The notes under the pieces are model-generated. The model was not told the origin of the DNA. It did not search any database and saw nothing but the letters and a program-made list of their open reading frames with translations. Below are positions 10,362 through 21,869 of a stretch of 64,000 bases of DNA, piece after piece (positions within the stretch are counted from its first letter, which is position 1; every line of letters starts with the position of its first letter). The position numbers and the translations under genes are program-made. Source of the DNA: an uncultured Planctomycetaceae bacterium. GTDB lineage: Bacteria; Planctomycetota; Planctomycetia; Isosphaerales; Isosphaeraceae. The stretch is taken from the NCBI GenBank assembly GCA_963833985.1, contig CAWIAD010000001.1, forward strand, positions 192,001-256,000. Reading direction: 5' to 3'.

Positions 10362-13300
10362 TCAATGGCTCTCGACGAGCGCCTCGGAGGGCGGCAGCTC
10401 CGGATCCCGAACCGAGTTTTGCAGACGCCTCCAGCGCCAGCGGCGGATGGCGTAAAAGAGGACGGGGATAAGCAAATCGACGACCTCGTCGGCGACGAGA
10501 ATGCCACCCAGCACCGGCGCGGCCATGGGACGGATGATCTCCGAGCCGACTCCGCTGGCCCAGAGCATGGGTGCCAGGCCGATCACGACGGTTCCTTCCG
10601 TGAGCAGCTTGGGGCGTAGCCGGTGCACAGCGCCGTCGAGAACGGTCTGTCGGAGCTGCGCCAGGCTCACCCGCTCCAGCCCTCCTGCGCGTTCCAGGGC
10701 CTCGCGCAGATAGACGAGCATGATGATCCCGGTCGAGGTGGCCATCCCGAAGCAGGCGATGTAACCGACCCAGACGGTGACCGAGAGCGCCTCGCCCAGC
10801 AGCCACTGGAAGAACAGGCCGCCGGCGACGGCCCCGGGGACGGTCAGAAACATGAGCGCGGCATCCGCGAGGTCGTGGTAGGTCCAGCACAGGATGAGGA
10901 AGATGAGCGCGATGACAATCGGGATCACGAGCGTCAGCGTCGTCCGGGCCCGGAGCTGGTGCTCGAACTGACCGGTCCATTCCACGAACACGTTGTCGGG
11001 GAGGTGGACCTCGCGGGCGACCAGTGCGCGTGCCTCGGCGACGAGATCCGCCGCGTCCCGGTCGCGCACGTTGAGACGGACGTAGTTGCGCAATAGCCCG
11101 TTCTCACCCTTGATCGTGGCCGGGCCCTCCACGACGTGGATGTCGGCGATCTGGGCGAGCGGGACCTGGCGGACTTCCGCCGTGGTTGGACCCTTTACGC
11201 CCGAGGTTGCCGGAACCAGCAGGTCGCGGAGCGACTCCTCGTCCTGCCGGAAGTCGCGAGCGTAACGGACCACCACGGGATGGCGCTCGCGTCCCTCCAC
11301 AAGCTGGGTAACCGCCTTCCCCGCGAGCGCCGCTTCGATCACCTGGTTGGCCGCGCCGACGCTCACTCCCAGCCGCCCTGCCCGCTCACGATCGAAACGG
11401 ACCTCGATGGAGGGCTTGCCGCGAAGGGGGTCCGCCACGACGTCCACCGCCCCGCGAACGCGGCGGACGACCTGTGCAATCTGCTCCGAGACTTGCACGA
11501 CCTCATCCAGGTTGTCACCCAGAACTCGGATGCCGACTGTCGTGTTGACACCCGTGGAGAGCATGTCGACGCGGTTCTGGATCGGCATGGTCCAGACATT
11601 GGTCCATCCGGGCATCTGCACGGCTCGGTCCAGCTCACCGCCAAAGCCCGCGAGCTCGTGCCGCTCCAGCTTCCAGAGGATCAGTCGCTTGCCAAACTCG
11701 TCCGAGAGCCGCCTGAGAAGGTCATCCAGGGGAGCAAACGGCTCCAGCAGGAGCTGCGGGCTCATGGCAGCATCATGATGATGTTCGTGGTCGGCGTCTC
11801 CCACTTGCGGGCCCGCGGCGAGCGCCATCCCCCGGCGCGCATTTGCTGTAGCCTTTGCAGGTGGCTCACCACCGGAGGCGCCAGTCCGGAGGCACGTTCC
11901 AGAAGCTCTTCAAGGACGATCCGCGTGAACACCCAGGCGGTTCTGCCCAGCAGCTCGCCATCGAGCGTCTTCACGTGATCGCGCCAGATCGCGAGCAGCC
12001 TCGATTCCTCGAAGGTTTCGGGGTGGATCGATGCCGGTGACGGTCCCACTCCGCGCACGACTTCCTGGTTCCGCTGATAGGCGTACTCGCGCAGGGCCAC
12101 GTCGCAGAGCGGCATGGCCGCCTGTGCCGCTTCTTCAACCAGGCGCTCGCGCTCGGCCGACACTTGAGGGGGCTTCACGAACTGACCGTCGACCAGGGCC
12201 TCGAGCACAGCCATCGTCTGCCGCCTGGCATCGCCCGGGCCAAGCTTGCGGCGTGGCCAGAGCTCGCGGGGGCGGAAGTTGACCATGGTCTCGATCATGT
12301 CCAGGGGCGCGGGGTCGGTCGGAGTCTCGGCCCGTCCTGCCTTGCCCACCACCATGTCGACTTCGGGGAACCGGCAGAGGATCATGTCACGCGCCTTCAG
12401 GTCGTCCAGTGACTCGGTCACCGAGGCCCGGGGGACCGTGATGGGCATATCCATCACCATCCCCTCGTCCAGCGGCTCGAGGAACTTGCGCGGCAACGGC
12501 TTCATGAATTGAGCCGCGGCGAGGGCCACGATGAGCAGGCTGAACGGGGCGAGGAGTTTGACGGACGGCCGCCGGGCCAGAGCCGCCGTGGCTGCCTGCC
12601 CCAGCAGCAGGATCGCCACAGAAAGAGGACGCGAGCCCAGCGGAGCGAACCCGATGAGGAACGTAAGGCTGAGTGTCCACGCGAGAGCCGCCGGGTATTC
12701 CATCAAGTACGAGAGCACCGGCCGGTACACGTCGATCATGCCCCGCACCAGCGGGTTCTCGGTCTCGGACCGCAATCGCCCGCGGATGAGCAGCGAACAC
12801 AGCGCCGGCACCGCGGTGATTGCCAGTCCGGCGACGGCCAGAAGGGCAAACGACTTCGTGTAGGCCAGCGGATGGAACATCTTTCCCTCGATGCCCCCCA
12901 GCGCGAAGACCGGCAGGAACGAGAGCAGCATGATGGCCACGGAGAAGACGATCGGCCTGCCCACTGCCAGGCAGGCCGAAAGGACGACTCCGCTCACATC
13001 CCCGCGCACGGGGCGGTCTCCAAACTGCTGCTGGAGACGGTGCATCACGTTCTCGGCCATGACGATCGACGAATCAACCAGCACGCCGATCGAGATGGCG
13101 ATGCCAGCCAGCGACATGGCGTTGGTCTGCACGTCGACGATCCCCAGCCAGCGGAGTACGGCCATGATCAGGAACGAGGAAAGCGCCGCCAGTGGCAAGG
13201 TGACGACCACGACCAGCGACGCGCGCACGTGCAGCAGGATCGCCAGGACGCAGGCGCTGGCCGTGAGCATGGCCTCCACAACAGCCCCGCTCACCGTGCC

Positions 13301-14335
13301 GATGGCACCCCGGATCAACGGCGTTCGATCGTAAAACGGGACGATCTTGACGCCGGGCGGCAAACCGCGTTGCACGTCGGCGATCTTCGCCTTGAGGCGG
13401 CGCGTGACCTCCAGAGGGTTCTCGCCATGGGACATCAGGACGACACCGCCAGCCACCTCGCTGCCATCCTTCTCCAGAACACCGCGCCGGTAACCGGGTG
13501 CCATCGAGATCCGCGCGAGGTCGCCCAGGCGCTGAACGCCCGCCCTGGACGACGGCACGGGGACCGCCTCCAGGTCCGCGATCGCCCGGACGTCCAGAAA
13601 GCTGGAGTCGCCGGCCTGGGCCAACGCCCCCAGCCAGCCCACGCCGCGCACCACGTATTCGGCCTGTCCCTTCACCAGGACGTGACCCCCGGCCGTTGAA
13701 TTCGAGGAGGCGACGGCATCCATGACATTCTGGAGCGTGACCCCCAGCGCTTTCAGCCGCGCGGGATCGACGGCCACCTCGTACTCACAGGGGTATCCGC
13801 CCACGCTCGACACCTCGGCCACGCCGGCCACGGCGCTGAGCTGGGGACGGACGAACCAGTCCTGGATGGCGCGGAGCCGGCCCAGGTCCTGCCCGGGCCC
13901 CTCCACCGTGTACCAGTAGATCTGGCCGGTGGCCAGGCAGTCCGGCGCCAGGGCGGCGACGGCCCCTTCCGGAAGCACGCGCTGCACCGCGGCCAGGCGC
14001 TGGGTCACCCGCGTGCGAACCTCGTCAAGGCCGACCGAGTCATCGAAGATCACGCTGATCCACGAGAACCCCACATCACTGGAAGACCGCACCACCCGCA
14101 CGCCGGCAAGGCCCTGAAGGCCCAGGGCCATGGGGTAAGTGACCTGGTCCTCAATTTCCCTGGGGCCGTGGCCCTTCCAGTCCGTGAAGACGATGACCTG
14201 GTTCTCGGAGAGATCCGGGATGGCGTCCACGGGTGTCCGCCAGGCGGCCCACGAGCCCAGCACCGCCAGCACAGCGCAGACCGCAATCATCATGTACCGG
14301 TGGCATACGGAAAACGTGATGATGCGATCAATCAT
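10362..14335 (-). CDS. cusA: CusA/CzcA family heavy-metal RND permease, split by one frameshift near 11820
   Basis: TPVDAIPDLSENQVIVFT.W.G..P.EIEDQVTYP; SLAGIAISIGVLVDSSIVMAEN; PIQNRVDMLSTG; RLRPKLLT; ORFs 11762-14413 and 10362-11828 join. Confidence 0.88.
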
Positions 14336-15866
14336 GGGGCAGGCGTTTGAGGTATCGCCGCGAGGTAGCGGCCGGGATTCGCCATGAACGTGTCCTTGCA
14401 CCCGTCGCAGCAAAGGAAAACGACTCGACCGGCGGCCACCACGCGGATCGGGGTACCCATCGATCCCAGCGCCTTCCTCGTCACCGGGCAGATCTTCTGG
14501 CGGCTCGCGAGCTGCTGATCGGACGGATCAGTCGATGATCGCAGTGCAGGCTTACTGGCGGTGACCGTAACGGCAGCCGTCGCGGCCGGTACTGGCGACT
14601 CGGTGCGGGCGCCGGCCCCGAAGTACCCGGAGGCAAGGCTCGGGTTCAGCCTGGTTTCGGCATCGAGCAAGAAGGCGCCGGCGACCGCGACCCTCTGCCC
14701 GGGCTCGAGACCGGAGGCGACAGGGTAGTCGCCTCCACACCTTGGACCGAGCTCGATCTCGACGCCGTCGAACATCCCCGGCATCGTCTCGACGAAGACG
14801 TACGTGCGCGACCCCGTATCGATGACCGCCGACGCGGGCACCGCAAGCACCTTGCCCGGCGGCTGGAACGTCACCACCCGCGGCTCAAGTGCCATCCCGC
14901 CACATTCACCGCACTGCTGACCGGGCTGATTCGATGTGACCGCCGGGTGCATCGGACACCACCACCCGACGCGCTGATTCTCCGCGAGCGCCGTGGCCAT
15001 GAGCGGGTTTCCCTCGACCGAACAGCGACCGGGCGCGGCACGCAGCGCTCTGGGATGTTCCGGGCAGGAATAGATTTTCCGCGGCTCGCCGGCCCGCAAT
15101 GCCGGCGGGCTGGTGGGAAGCGACCGAAACGGCTCAAGCCGGCAGGCCGGCACCTCGCAAACGACGTCGGCCAGCATGCCGGGCCGCAGCCGCCCTTCGG
15201 TGTCCTCGATCACGACGGTCGCCTGGACATCATCCTCCGCCTTTCCAGACGGCCGGTCCGCAAGGCGCAGACGTCCTCTGACCGGCCGCGTATCGGCGGC
15301 GTCCCGGCACCGAACCTGAACGTGCTGACACTCCTTCAGCCATGATGCGTGCCGTGCGGGGATTTCCAGGGGGACGCTGAGCGCATCTCCGTTCCGGCTG
15401 ACGAGCCCGGCGGCGCGATAGCTCCGCGCAAGCGGCTGGTACTCCACGGGCGAGGTACGGATGCCGGCAAGGAGAACCCGGTACGGAGAGACCTGCATCC
15501 GGGCCACGACTCCCTCTGGCAGCACCGTGGCGTCCCCGCGCTGCGCCGGACCAGGTCCATGTTGCAGACGCCGCACTTGCCGGGCCAGTTCGAGAGGACT
15601 CCCGGATCCATCGGGCAGAAGTACTCGGTGTCATTGGAGACCGGGCCCGGCGCGGACCAGCGCGACCCGGCCGGACGCCAGAGCCGATCCCAGTAATTGC
15701 CGATCTCTTCCCAGCGGCCGACGAGGAGCGCCGAGAACAACAGAATCAGGGGGATCCGCAGCCGTACCTGGGCGATCTTGAAGCCCGCGCGTACCGCCTC
15801 ACTCACCCTGGGCAAGGAAAACGCAGGCGCGCGGGCCCGATGGGGCCGGGTCGACACGAAACGCAT
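14332..15866 (-). CDS. CusB-like RND periplasmic adaptor with heavy-metal-binding motifs and YHS-like C-terminus; frameshift near 15545
   Basis: YFCPMDP..PGKCGVCNMDL, YSCPEHP, WWCPMHP..CGECGGM, LRPGM, LAVP.SAVIDTG, GAFLLDAE, CPVT...FLCCDGC. Confidence 0.8.
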
Positions 15867-15950
15867 GGTCGGGCTCTCAGCGAGTGAGGTTGTGAGTCTC
15901 GAAAGGCACGGCGTCGGGGCCAGAGGGAAGCCTCGAACACGGCTGGCAAC

Positions 15951-16405
15951 TCAGCGCCGCCGCCGTGACTTGCCGGCCGGCGGCGAGAGCTTGGGGCCGT
16001 CTTCCATGTTGATGTTGCGAGTGTAATCCTCATCCCGAAAGACCATGACAGGCCCCAGGCCCAGCACGTGGTACTGCACTTCCTGCACCCGCGCCGGCTT
16101 ACCCAGTGAGAGCCGCACGCCGAATCGCTTTTCGGACGGGCCGGATTCCTCGTGCACGATCTCGAACGATTCCAGCTTCGCACCCTGGGCCCACGGCGTA
16201 TCGTGGACCTCGACCACCGGTTCTGTTCCCGCCACCAGGCCGGGTTTCCCGCCTGCTTGCCAGCTCTTGAGCGCGGATTCGAGGGCTCCGCGCGCAGCTC
16301 GTCGCTCGGTGCGGCGCCATGGCTCTGGCCACAGCCGCAAAAGGAAAGAACCAGCCCCGCGCAGGCCAGTGCCGCGACGAACTGGGAGAGTGTTGTCTGT
16401 CGCAT
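15951..16405 (-). CDS. Hypothetical lipoprotein; frameshift near 16295
   Basis: Signal ending LSFCGC; continues in another frame as ARGALESALKSWQAG...YHVLGLGPVMVFRDED; paralog of 18445-19062. Confidence 0.65.
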
Positions 16406-16419
16406 GAGTCTTGGCCCCT

Positions 16420-17475
16420 TCAGTACGAGTCCGAGGAAATGACTTCGCCGCCGTTTCTGGTGCCCAGCGCGCGCCAGGTGGTGAGCGAGACGCCGTTCTT
16501 GACGAACCGCACGCTGCCGTCGCCGAAGAGCACGTTCACGCCGCCGGGGTGCTGGCTGGAGGGAGGCACCTGCATGGGCATGTTGGCCATGCTGTTGTTG
16601 GCGAAGCCCAGTCCGGCACAGGTCCCTCTGTTCGGAGTCGACACGTGGTTGTACTGCGTGCAGCACATCTCGCCCATCACCCAGCTCGCCCCTTGAACGT
16701 GCGTCAGCCGCGTGGCGGTCTGCGGGTTGGCAGCCAGACACGTGAGGTACGTGTCGTTGAGGTTGGTCGGGGAGGTGATGACCATGGAGTCCGAGCGTGC
16801 GTCCGAATCACGCATGCCGGAGCCGCGAATCTTCTCGCTGAAGAACGCCGTGTTGCTCATTCCATCCGTGATCGACGCGAGCTTGACACCGCTCTGAAAG
16901 TAGAAAACTCCCTGGGCCATCTCGGCCGGCGCGACGGTGGAGGGGTTGTTGTCTCCCAGGTCACAGGCCCATGTCTGCATGTTTCCGAGATAGCTGTTCC
17001 CTCCCGGCCAGTCCGAGACGAACGGGTTCGCGTCGGAGGGGCAGAGGAACGCGGCGATCTGGCTCCGCGATGCGGTGGAGTTCGCACGGTTGGCATTCTG
17101 AAATGGCGGCATGAAGGGAACGTCTCCTGCCATGCCGGGCGTTTCCGGAGCGAGGTTGAAGTTGATGCTGTTGAACAGGTTTCCCTGCTCGATGTACATG
17201 AGCAACTGGCTATGCGTGGACCAGCGCGCGTAGAAGACCGTGCCGGGCACGGTGACGTTGTAGCTTGCACCCTTGCCGAAGGGGAGCGTCTGGAAGGTGG
17301 TGAGGTAGTTCTGGCAGGCCAGCCCGATCTGCTTGAGGTTGTTCGTGCACTGGCCGCGGCGGGCCGCCTCGCGTGCCGACTGGACCGCAGGCAGCAAGAG
17401 GGAGATCAGAACCGCAATGATCGCAATGACGACGAGTAGCTCGATGAGTGTGAAGCCGGAGCGACGATTCTGCAT
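16420..17475 (-). CDS. DUF1559 prepilin-type N-terminal cleavage/methylation protein with H-X9-DG motif
   Basis: [70 protein letters not shown]. Confidence 0.95.
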   Translation of the reverse strand: MQNRRSGFTLIELLVVIAIIAVLISLLLPAVQSAREAARRGQCTNNLKQIGLACQNYLTTFQTLPFGKGASYNVTVPGTVFYARWSTHSQLLMYIEQGNLFNSINFNLAPETPGMAGDVPFMPPFQNANRANSTASRSQIAAFLCPSDANPFVSDWPGGNSYLGNMQTWACDLGDNNPSTVAPAEMAQGVFYFQSGVKLASITDGMSNTAFFSEKIRGSGMRDSDARSDSMVITSPTNLNDTYLTCLAANPQTATRLTHVQGASWVMGEMCCTQYNHVSTPNRGTCAGLGFANNSMANMPMQVPPSSQHPGGVNVLFGDGSVRFVKNGVSLTTWRALGTRNGGEVISSDSY

Positions 17476-17786
17476 GAGTGGTCCTTCCGCTGAAATGAAA
17501 GGAATGGATGAAAAACGAGATGGAAAAAAAGATCGGCCGCTGACTGAAGCGCCCATCCCGCCAGGCACGACCACGCGGGCTCAGTGAGCCGCGGCGATGT
17601 GGCAACGCGGTCGGGCGTCGAACAGACCGCCCGTTCCGGAAGAACCGCTCCATCACCTCGGCGAACTTCGAAGCCGCCAGCCCGCAAGGGCCGGCGTCAA
17701 GACCATCGAGCGCCTCACGACCTGGCGAAGCGCGCGCCGGACGTGCTGTGGAGCGATCAGGAATGGAAGGCGGCAGGCGCGCCGGG

Positions 17787-18299
17787 CTAGGCGGTTGTTC
17801 TGGGCGGGCGGGTCGGCCGATCGGCGCGCTCTTTTCGAGCCGCGCGCTGTTTCGGCTGCGGAAGTGCGGCGGAAATGGATCGTTCCATCAGGCCGGAAAG
17901 AAGTGGCGGGCACCAGCCCTCATGCCGCGGCACGGAATGGGGAACCGCCTGCGGAGCCGGTGGAGCGGAGTTTCCGGAACAATGCGGGCCCGAGCAGGGA
18001 GGAACCGCGGGCCGCGCCGGGGTGCTCCCGGGCGAGACATTGCCAGATTGCGTCAATGAGTCAGCCACGACCCAGTGATCGAGTCGGAGTGTCCGGTACC
18101 AGGCGACATCGGCCTTCGTGGCCACCAGGTGCGAGCAGCCGGCCCGCGCTTGCTGCGCGCCAACCACGCAGGATGTGACCAGCAGCAAGCCAGCCGTCCA
18201 CCACGGGAAGGCCTTCGAGGCCGGGACTCCGGCGCTCAACTGGGCACTCTCCGCGGATCGAGCGTGATTCATCGGCCTTCGATCCGGGTCGGTGGTCAT
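17787..18299 (-). CDS. Small exported Cys/Pro-rich protein ending RPPR (DUF2946-like leader ORF); alternative start 18272
   Basis: Signal peptide ...AQQARA|GCSH, PCSGPHCS, C-terminal DRPTRPPRTTA; co-oriented upstream of the DUF1559-cus operon. Confidence 0.6.
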   Translation of the reverse strand: MTTDPDRRPMNHARSAESAQLSAGVPASKAFPWWTAGLLLVTSCVVGAQQARAGCSHLVATKADVAWYRTLRLDHWVVADSLTQSGNVSPGSTPARPAVPPCSGPHCSGNSAPPAPQAVPHSVPRHEGWCPPLLSGLMERSISAALPQPKQRAARKERADRPTRPPRTTA

Positions 18300-18328
18300 G
18301 GAATTCGAGACACAGAGACTGGAGAATG

Positions 18329-18349
18329 CAAGTAATCTACACTTGAAAG
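18329..18349. promoter_or_regulatory. Candidate operator palindrome CAAGT-N7-ACTTG between divergent genes
   Basis: gCAAGTaatctacACTTGaa is an AT-rich spot in GC-rich surroundings. Confidence 0.3.
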
Positions 18350-18444
18350 CCCGGAACCGCAAGCAGTATGTTCGGCGTGTCGCGTTCGTTTCGAGCATCG
18401 GAAGACCGATGCGGTCCGAGGTTTCAGGCGGTGCGCCGCCGGGA

Positions 18445-19062
18445 ATGGCCAGCGTGTGCAGGCGAGAAGGCCCTGACGGTTCCGTGCGGGATCCCGCAGC
18501 CAGGCAAGGAAACGTGCTGCCGGCGCGTGCCGGTGCGCCCGCAGGCCCATGCGGGCGGCGGTTTCGGATTGCCATTTTTCTGGCGACCGTGTTCTCCACG
18601 GGCATCTCGTGCGGCCACCGTGAGAGCGCGGGACCGGCGCACTTGCTGCCGGACCCGGCGCTGGTGCGCCAGGCTCTGGAGCGATCACTCCGCCGCTGGC
18701 AGGACGCTCCCGAGCAAGTTCTCACTGCCACGCCGCGGGATTCGGTCGTCTTCGTCGATCAGCAGCACCAGCCGGCCCAGGAACTCCATGAGTACGCGAT
18801 CCTGAGCGAATCCGAGACCGAGAGCTCGCGCCGCTTCCTGGTGCGGCTCTCCCTCGCCAGCCCTGAGGAAACGATCACGGCCGTCTACCACGTCTTCGGC
18901 AAGGACCCCATCTGGGTGTACCGCAGCGAGGACCTGGACATCGTCATGCACTGGGAATGCCCGATGGACTCGGACCCCGGGGCATCCTCTGCACCGGAGG
19001 CAGAGGCGACACCGAACCGCCCGGACGCCGTCCCGCAAACGTTCGCGGGCGCGGCCCATTAG
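18445..19062 (+). CDS. Hypothetical lipoprotein, paralog of 15951-16405 (start uncertain)
   Basis: FLATVFSTGISCG lipobox-like; VRQALERSLRRWQ; RRFLVRLSL; YHVFGKDPIWVYRSED. Confidence 0.65.
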   Translation: MASVCRREGPDGSVRDPAARQGNVLPARAGAPAGPCGRRFRIAIFLATVFSTGISCGHRESAGPAHLLPDPALVRQALERSLRRWQDAPEQVLTATPRDSVVFVDQQHQPAQELHEYAILSESETESSRRFLVRLSLASPEETITAVYHVFGKDPIWVYRSEDLDIVMHWECPMDSDPGASSAPEAEATPNRPDAVPQTFAGAAH

Positions 19063-19288
19063 CGTGCCGGCAAGGTGTCCAGACAGCAATCGAGGCAGAA
19101 GCCGCAACCCCGCGGCCCGGTGCCGCCCGGTTCGTGCGTTCGTCCGGTTCGGCCTTTACAAGGCTCGCGTCGTTCTCTCAGAATGTGTGATTCCGTACCG
19201 CGCGTCGCGGCCCACCCCGTGTGTGAGCGAAGCGGAATACCGCGGCGTGAGCGATACTGCGGTCAAATTTTCATTTGATGGAATTGCA

Positions 19289-20099
19289 ATGTCACAGCCA
19301 GAAACGGCGCCCGCCTCGAAGCCCAGGTTCGACAACCAGGGCCAGTACAGTCGCACCTCGATCCTGAGGTACGAGAAGATCTTTGGCGACCATTACATCA
19401 GCACTGGAGGGCACGAGACCACCGAGAATCTCTGCCGCCGGCTGGGCAGTTCGCTACGTCCGGGCGTCCGCGTGCTCGACGTCGGCAGCGGCATCGGCGG
19501 AGCTGCGTTTCACCTGGCCCGTCGCTACAAAGCCAGGGTGACCGGGATCGACCTGGCCGAGGAGATGGTGGCCATCGCGCTGCGAGCGCACCGGGCAGCT
19601 CGGACTGGCAGCAGACGTGAATTTCATCCTGGGGGATGTACTCGAGACTCCACTGACCGACAGGTTCGATATCGTCTGGAGCCGGGACGCCCTCATGCAC
19701 GTTCCCGACAAGCCCCGGCTCTTCGCGCGGCTGTACAGCCTGCTGGCGGACGGCGGGCGGGTTGTGATCACCGACTATGCGCGCGGCAAGACGCCGGCGT
19801 CCGCCGAGTTCGAGGACTACATCCAGAAAACGGGTTATCACGTCGTCGAGCCCGAACAGTACGGTGAGCTGCTGCGGGGTGCTGGATTTCAGGACGTGGA
19901 GGTCGCGGACGTGACAGACGTCTTCGTCGACATCCTGAGGCGCGAATCGAGGCGGCTGGTGGAGCACCGGGCGGAGTTTCTCGCCGCATTCAGCGAGGAA
20001 GACCTCAACTACCTGGTGGAGCGCTGGGCCATGAAGGAGCGGTTCTGTGCAGCCGGCGACATGAAGTGGGGGATCTACCTGGGCACCCGGCGGGGCTGA
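19289..20099 (+). CDS. SAM-dependent N-methyltransferase, phosphoethanolamine N-methyltransferase-like; frameshift near 19585
   Basis: QYSRTSILRYEKIFGDHYISTGG.ETT; VLDVGSGIGG; FDIVWSRDALMHVPDK; ITDY; KWGIY. Confidence 0.8.
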
Positions 20100-20159
20100 T
20101 CGGCAGTCAGCGCGGCGACCAATGACCGCTCGTGCGAGCGTGCTCGAGGAGACACGGCC

Positions 20160-21761
20160 GTGCCGGAGACGGCGAGCGACGATATTCACGACCTGGCGCG
20201 GTTCGGCTACCGGCAAGAGCTGGACCGGTCGCTGGGGAGCTTCTCGTCCTTCGCCGCCGGGTTTTCTTACATCTCCATCCTGACGGGCGTCTTTCAGGCA
20301 TTCTCGCTGGGGTACGCCGCCGCCGGCCCTGCGTTTTTCTGGACCTGGCCCGTGGTTCTCGCGGGTCAGATGGCGGTGGCCCTGGGGTTTGCCGAGCTGG
20401 CTGCGCACTATCCGCTTTCCGGGGGCGTGTACCAGTGGTCGAGGCGGCTCGGTTCCCCGGCACTGGGCTGGATGGCCGGCTGGGTTTACCTGGCTAGCTC
20501 CTTGATCTCGCTGGCCGCCGTCGCCCTGGCCCTCCAGGCGACCCTGCCCCGGATCGCTCCGGTCTTCCAGGTGATTGGCAATGGCGCAGGGCCGCTCGAC
20601 CAGGCTCGCAACGCCGTGCTACTGGGCAGCCTGCTGATCGGCCTGACCACGGTTATCAACTCCGTCGGCGTGCGCTGGCTGGCACGCATCAATAACGCCG
20701 GGGTGATCGTCGAGCTTCTTGGTGTGGTGCTGCTGATCGGTCTGCTGTTCCTCCACGCCCGGAGAGGCCCGGCCGTCGTGCTGCGCCTTGAACCACCGGC
20801 TACGGCTGAACCAGGGGGCGGTGCGTGGCTGCCGGGCTTGCTGGCCGCCGCCGTGATGCCGTCTTACGTGCTCTACGGCTTCGATACCGCGGGCACCCTG
20901 GCCGAGGAGACACGCGACCCCCGGAGGCGTGCACCGTGGGCCATTCTCCAGGCCATCCTGGCCGCGGGCCTGGCGGGCGGCCTGCTCATCGTGGCCGGGC
21001 TCATGGCTGCCCTTGATCCGGCCATGATTGAGCTCGCCCGGATTGACGGCGGTCTTCCCCTGATCGTCCAGCAGGCGCTCGGCAGGAACCTGGGAAGTCT
21101 GTTCCTCATGGCGGTGGTCTTTGCCGTGAGCGTGTGCGCGCTGGCCGTTCACGCCGGTTCGATCCGCGTGATGTATGCCATGGCAAGGGACAACCGCTTG
21201 CCGCTCGCCCGGCGGCTGGCGCACGTGACCACCGAGACGCGCACGCCCGTTTTGCCCGCCCTTGTCACGGGGGCCGGTGCGCTCCTGGTCCTGCTCTTGC
21301 ACATGAACCATCCGCGGATCATGGAGACCCTCTGCTCGGTGGCCATCGTCTGGGCCAACCTGGCGTATCTCATGGTTTCCTGGCCGCTGCTGCGCGCCAG
21401 GCTGCGGGGCTGGCCGAAAGGGTCGGAAGGCACGTTGCCGACCGCTTCGGGCCTGCCGCCGGGATTGCGGGCGTACCGCCTGGGACGTCCGGCCTTATTC
21501 ATCAATGCGGCCGCGGTGCTATGGGGACTGCTGGTGATCGTCAACATCGGCTGGCCGCGAGCCGGCATCTACGGCAGTCACCCGATCGGCCGGTACTCCG
21601 CGGCACTGTCCACCCTGCTCTTGCTCGCCTGCGGCGCGATCCTCTACCTGGGCGTGCGGCGCCGGAACGCCAGCCCGTATCGCGAACACGCATCCCCGCT
21701 GCCGCCTGCCGCGGAACCTGCGTCCCAAGTCGGTCCGCTCCTGCCCCTACCGGTTGATTGA
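20160..21761 (+). CDS. APC-family amino acid/amine permease
   Basis: FGYRQELDRSLGSFSSFAAGFSYISILTG; AELAAHYPLSGGVYQW; YGFDTAGTLAEET; about 12 hydrophobic segments. Confidence 0.92.
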   Translation: MPETASDDIHDLARFGYRQELDRSLGSFSSFAAGFSYISILTGVFQAFSLGYAAAGPAFFWTWPVVLAGQMAVALGFAELAAHYPLSGGVYQWSRRLGSPALGWMAGWVYLASSLISLAAVALALQATLPRIAPVFQVIGNGAGPLDQARNAVLLGSLLIGLTTVINSVGVRWLARINNAGVIVELLGVVLLIGLLFLHARRGPAVVLRLEPPATAEPGGGAWLPGLLAAAVMPSYVLYGFDTAGTLAEETRDPRRRAPWAILQAILAAGLAGGLLIVAGLMAALDPAMIELARIDGGLPLIVQQALGRNLGSLFLMAVVFAVSVCALAVHAGSIRVMYAMARDNRLPLARRLAHVTTETRTPVLPALVTGAGALLVLLLHMNHPRIMETLCSVAIVWANLAYLMVSWPLLRARLRGWPKGSEGTLPTASGLPPGLRAYRLGRPALFINAAAVLWGLLVIVNIGWPRAGIYGSHPIGRYSAALSTLLLLACGAILYLGVRRRNASPYREHASPLPPAAEPASQVGPLLPLPVD

Positions 21762-21869
21762 AAGCGGTCGGGTGCGACAGGCGATGGTTTCCAGGCCGTG
21801 GTGTGATGGAAGGAACGTATGCAGAGATTGAGATCCGGGACCGGTGAGCCGCAGGGCCGGACAGCCCGA

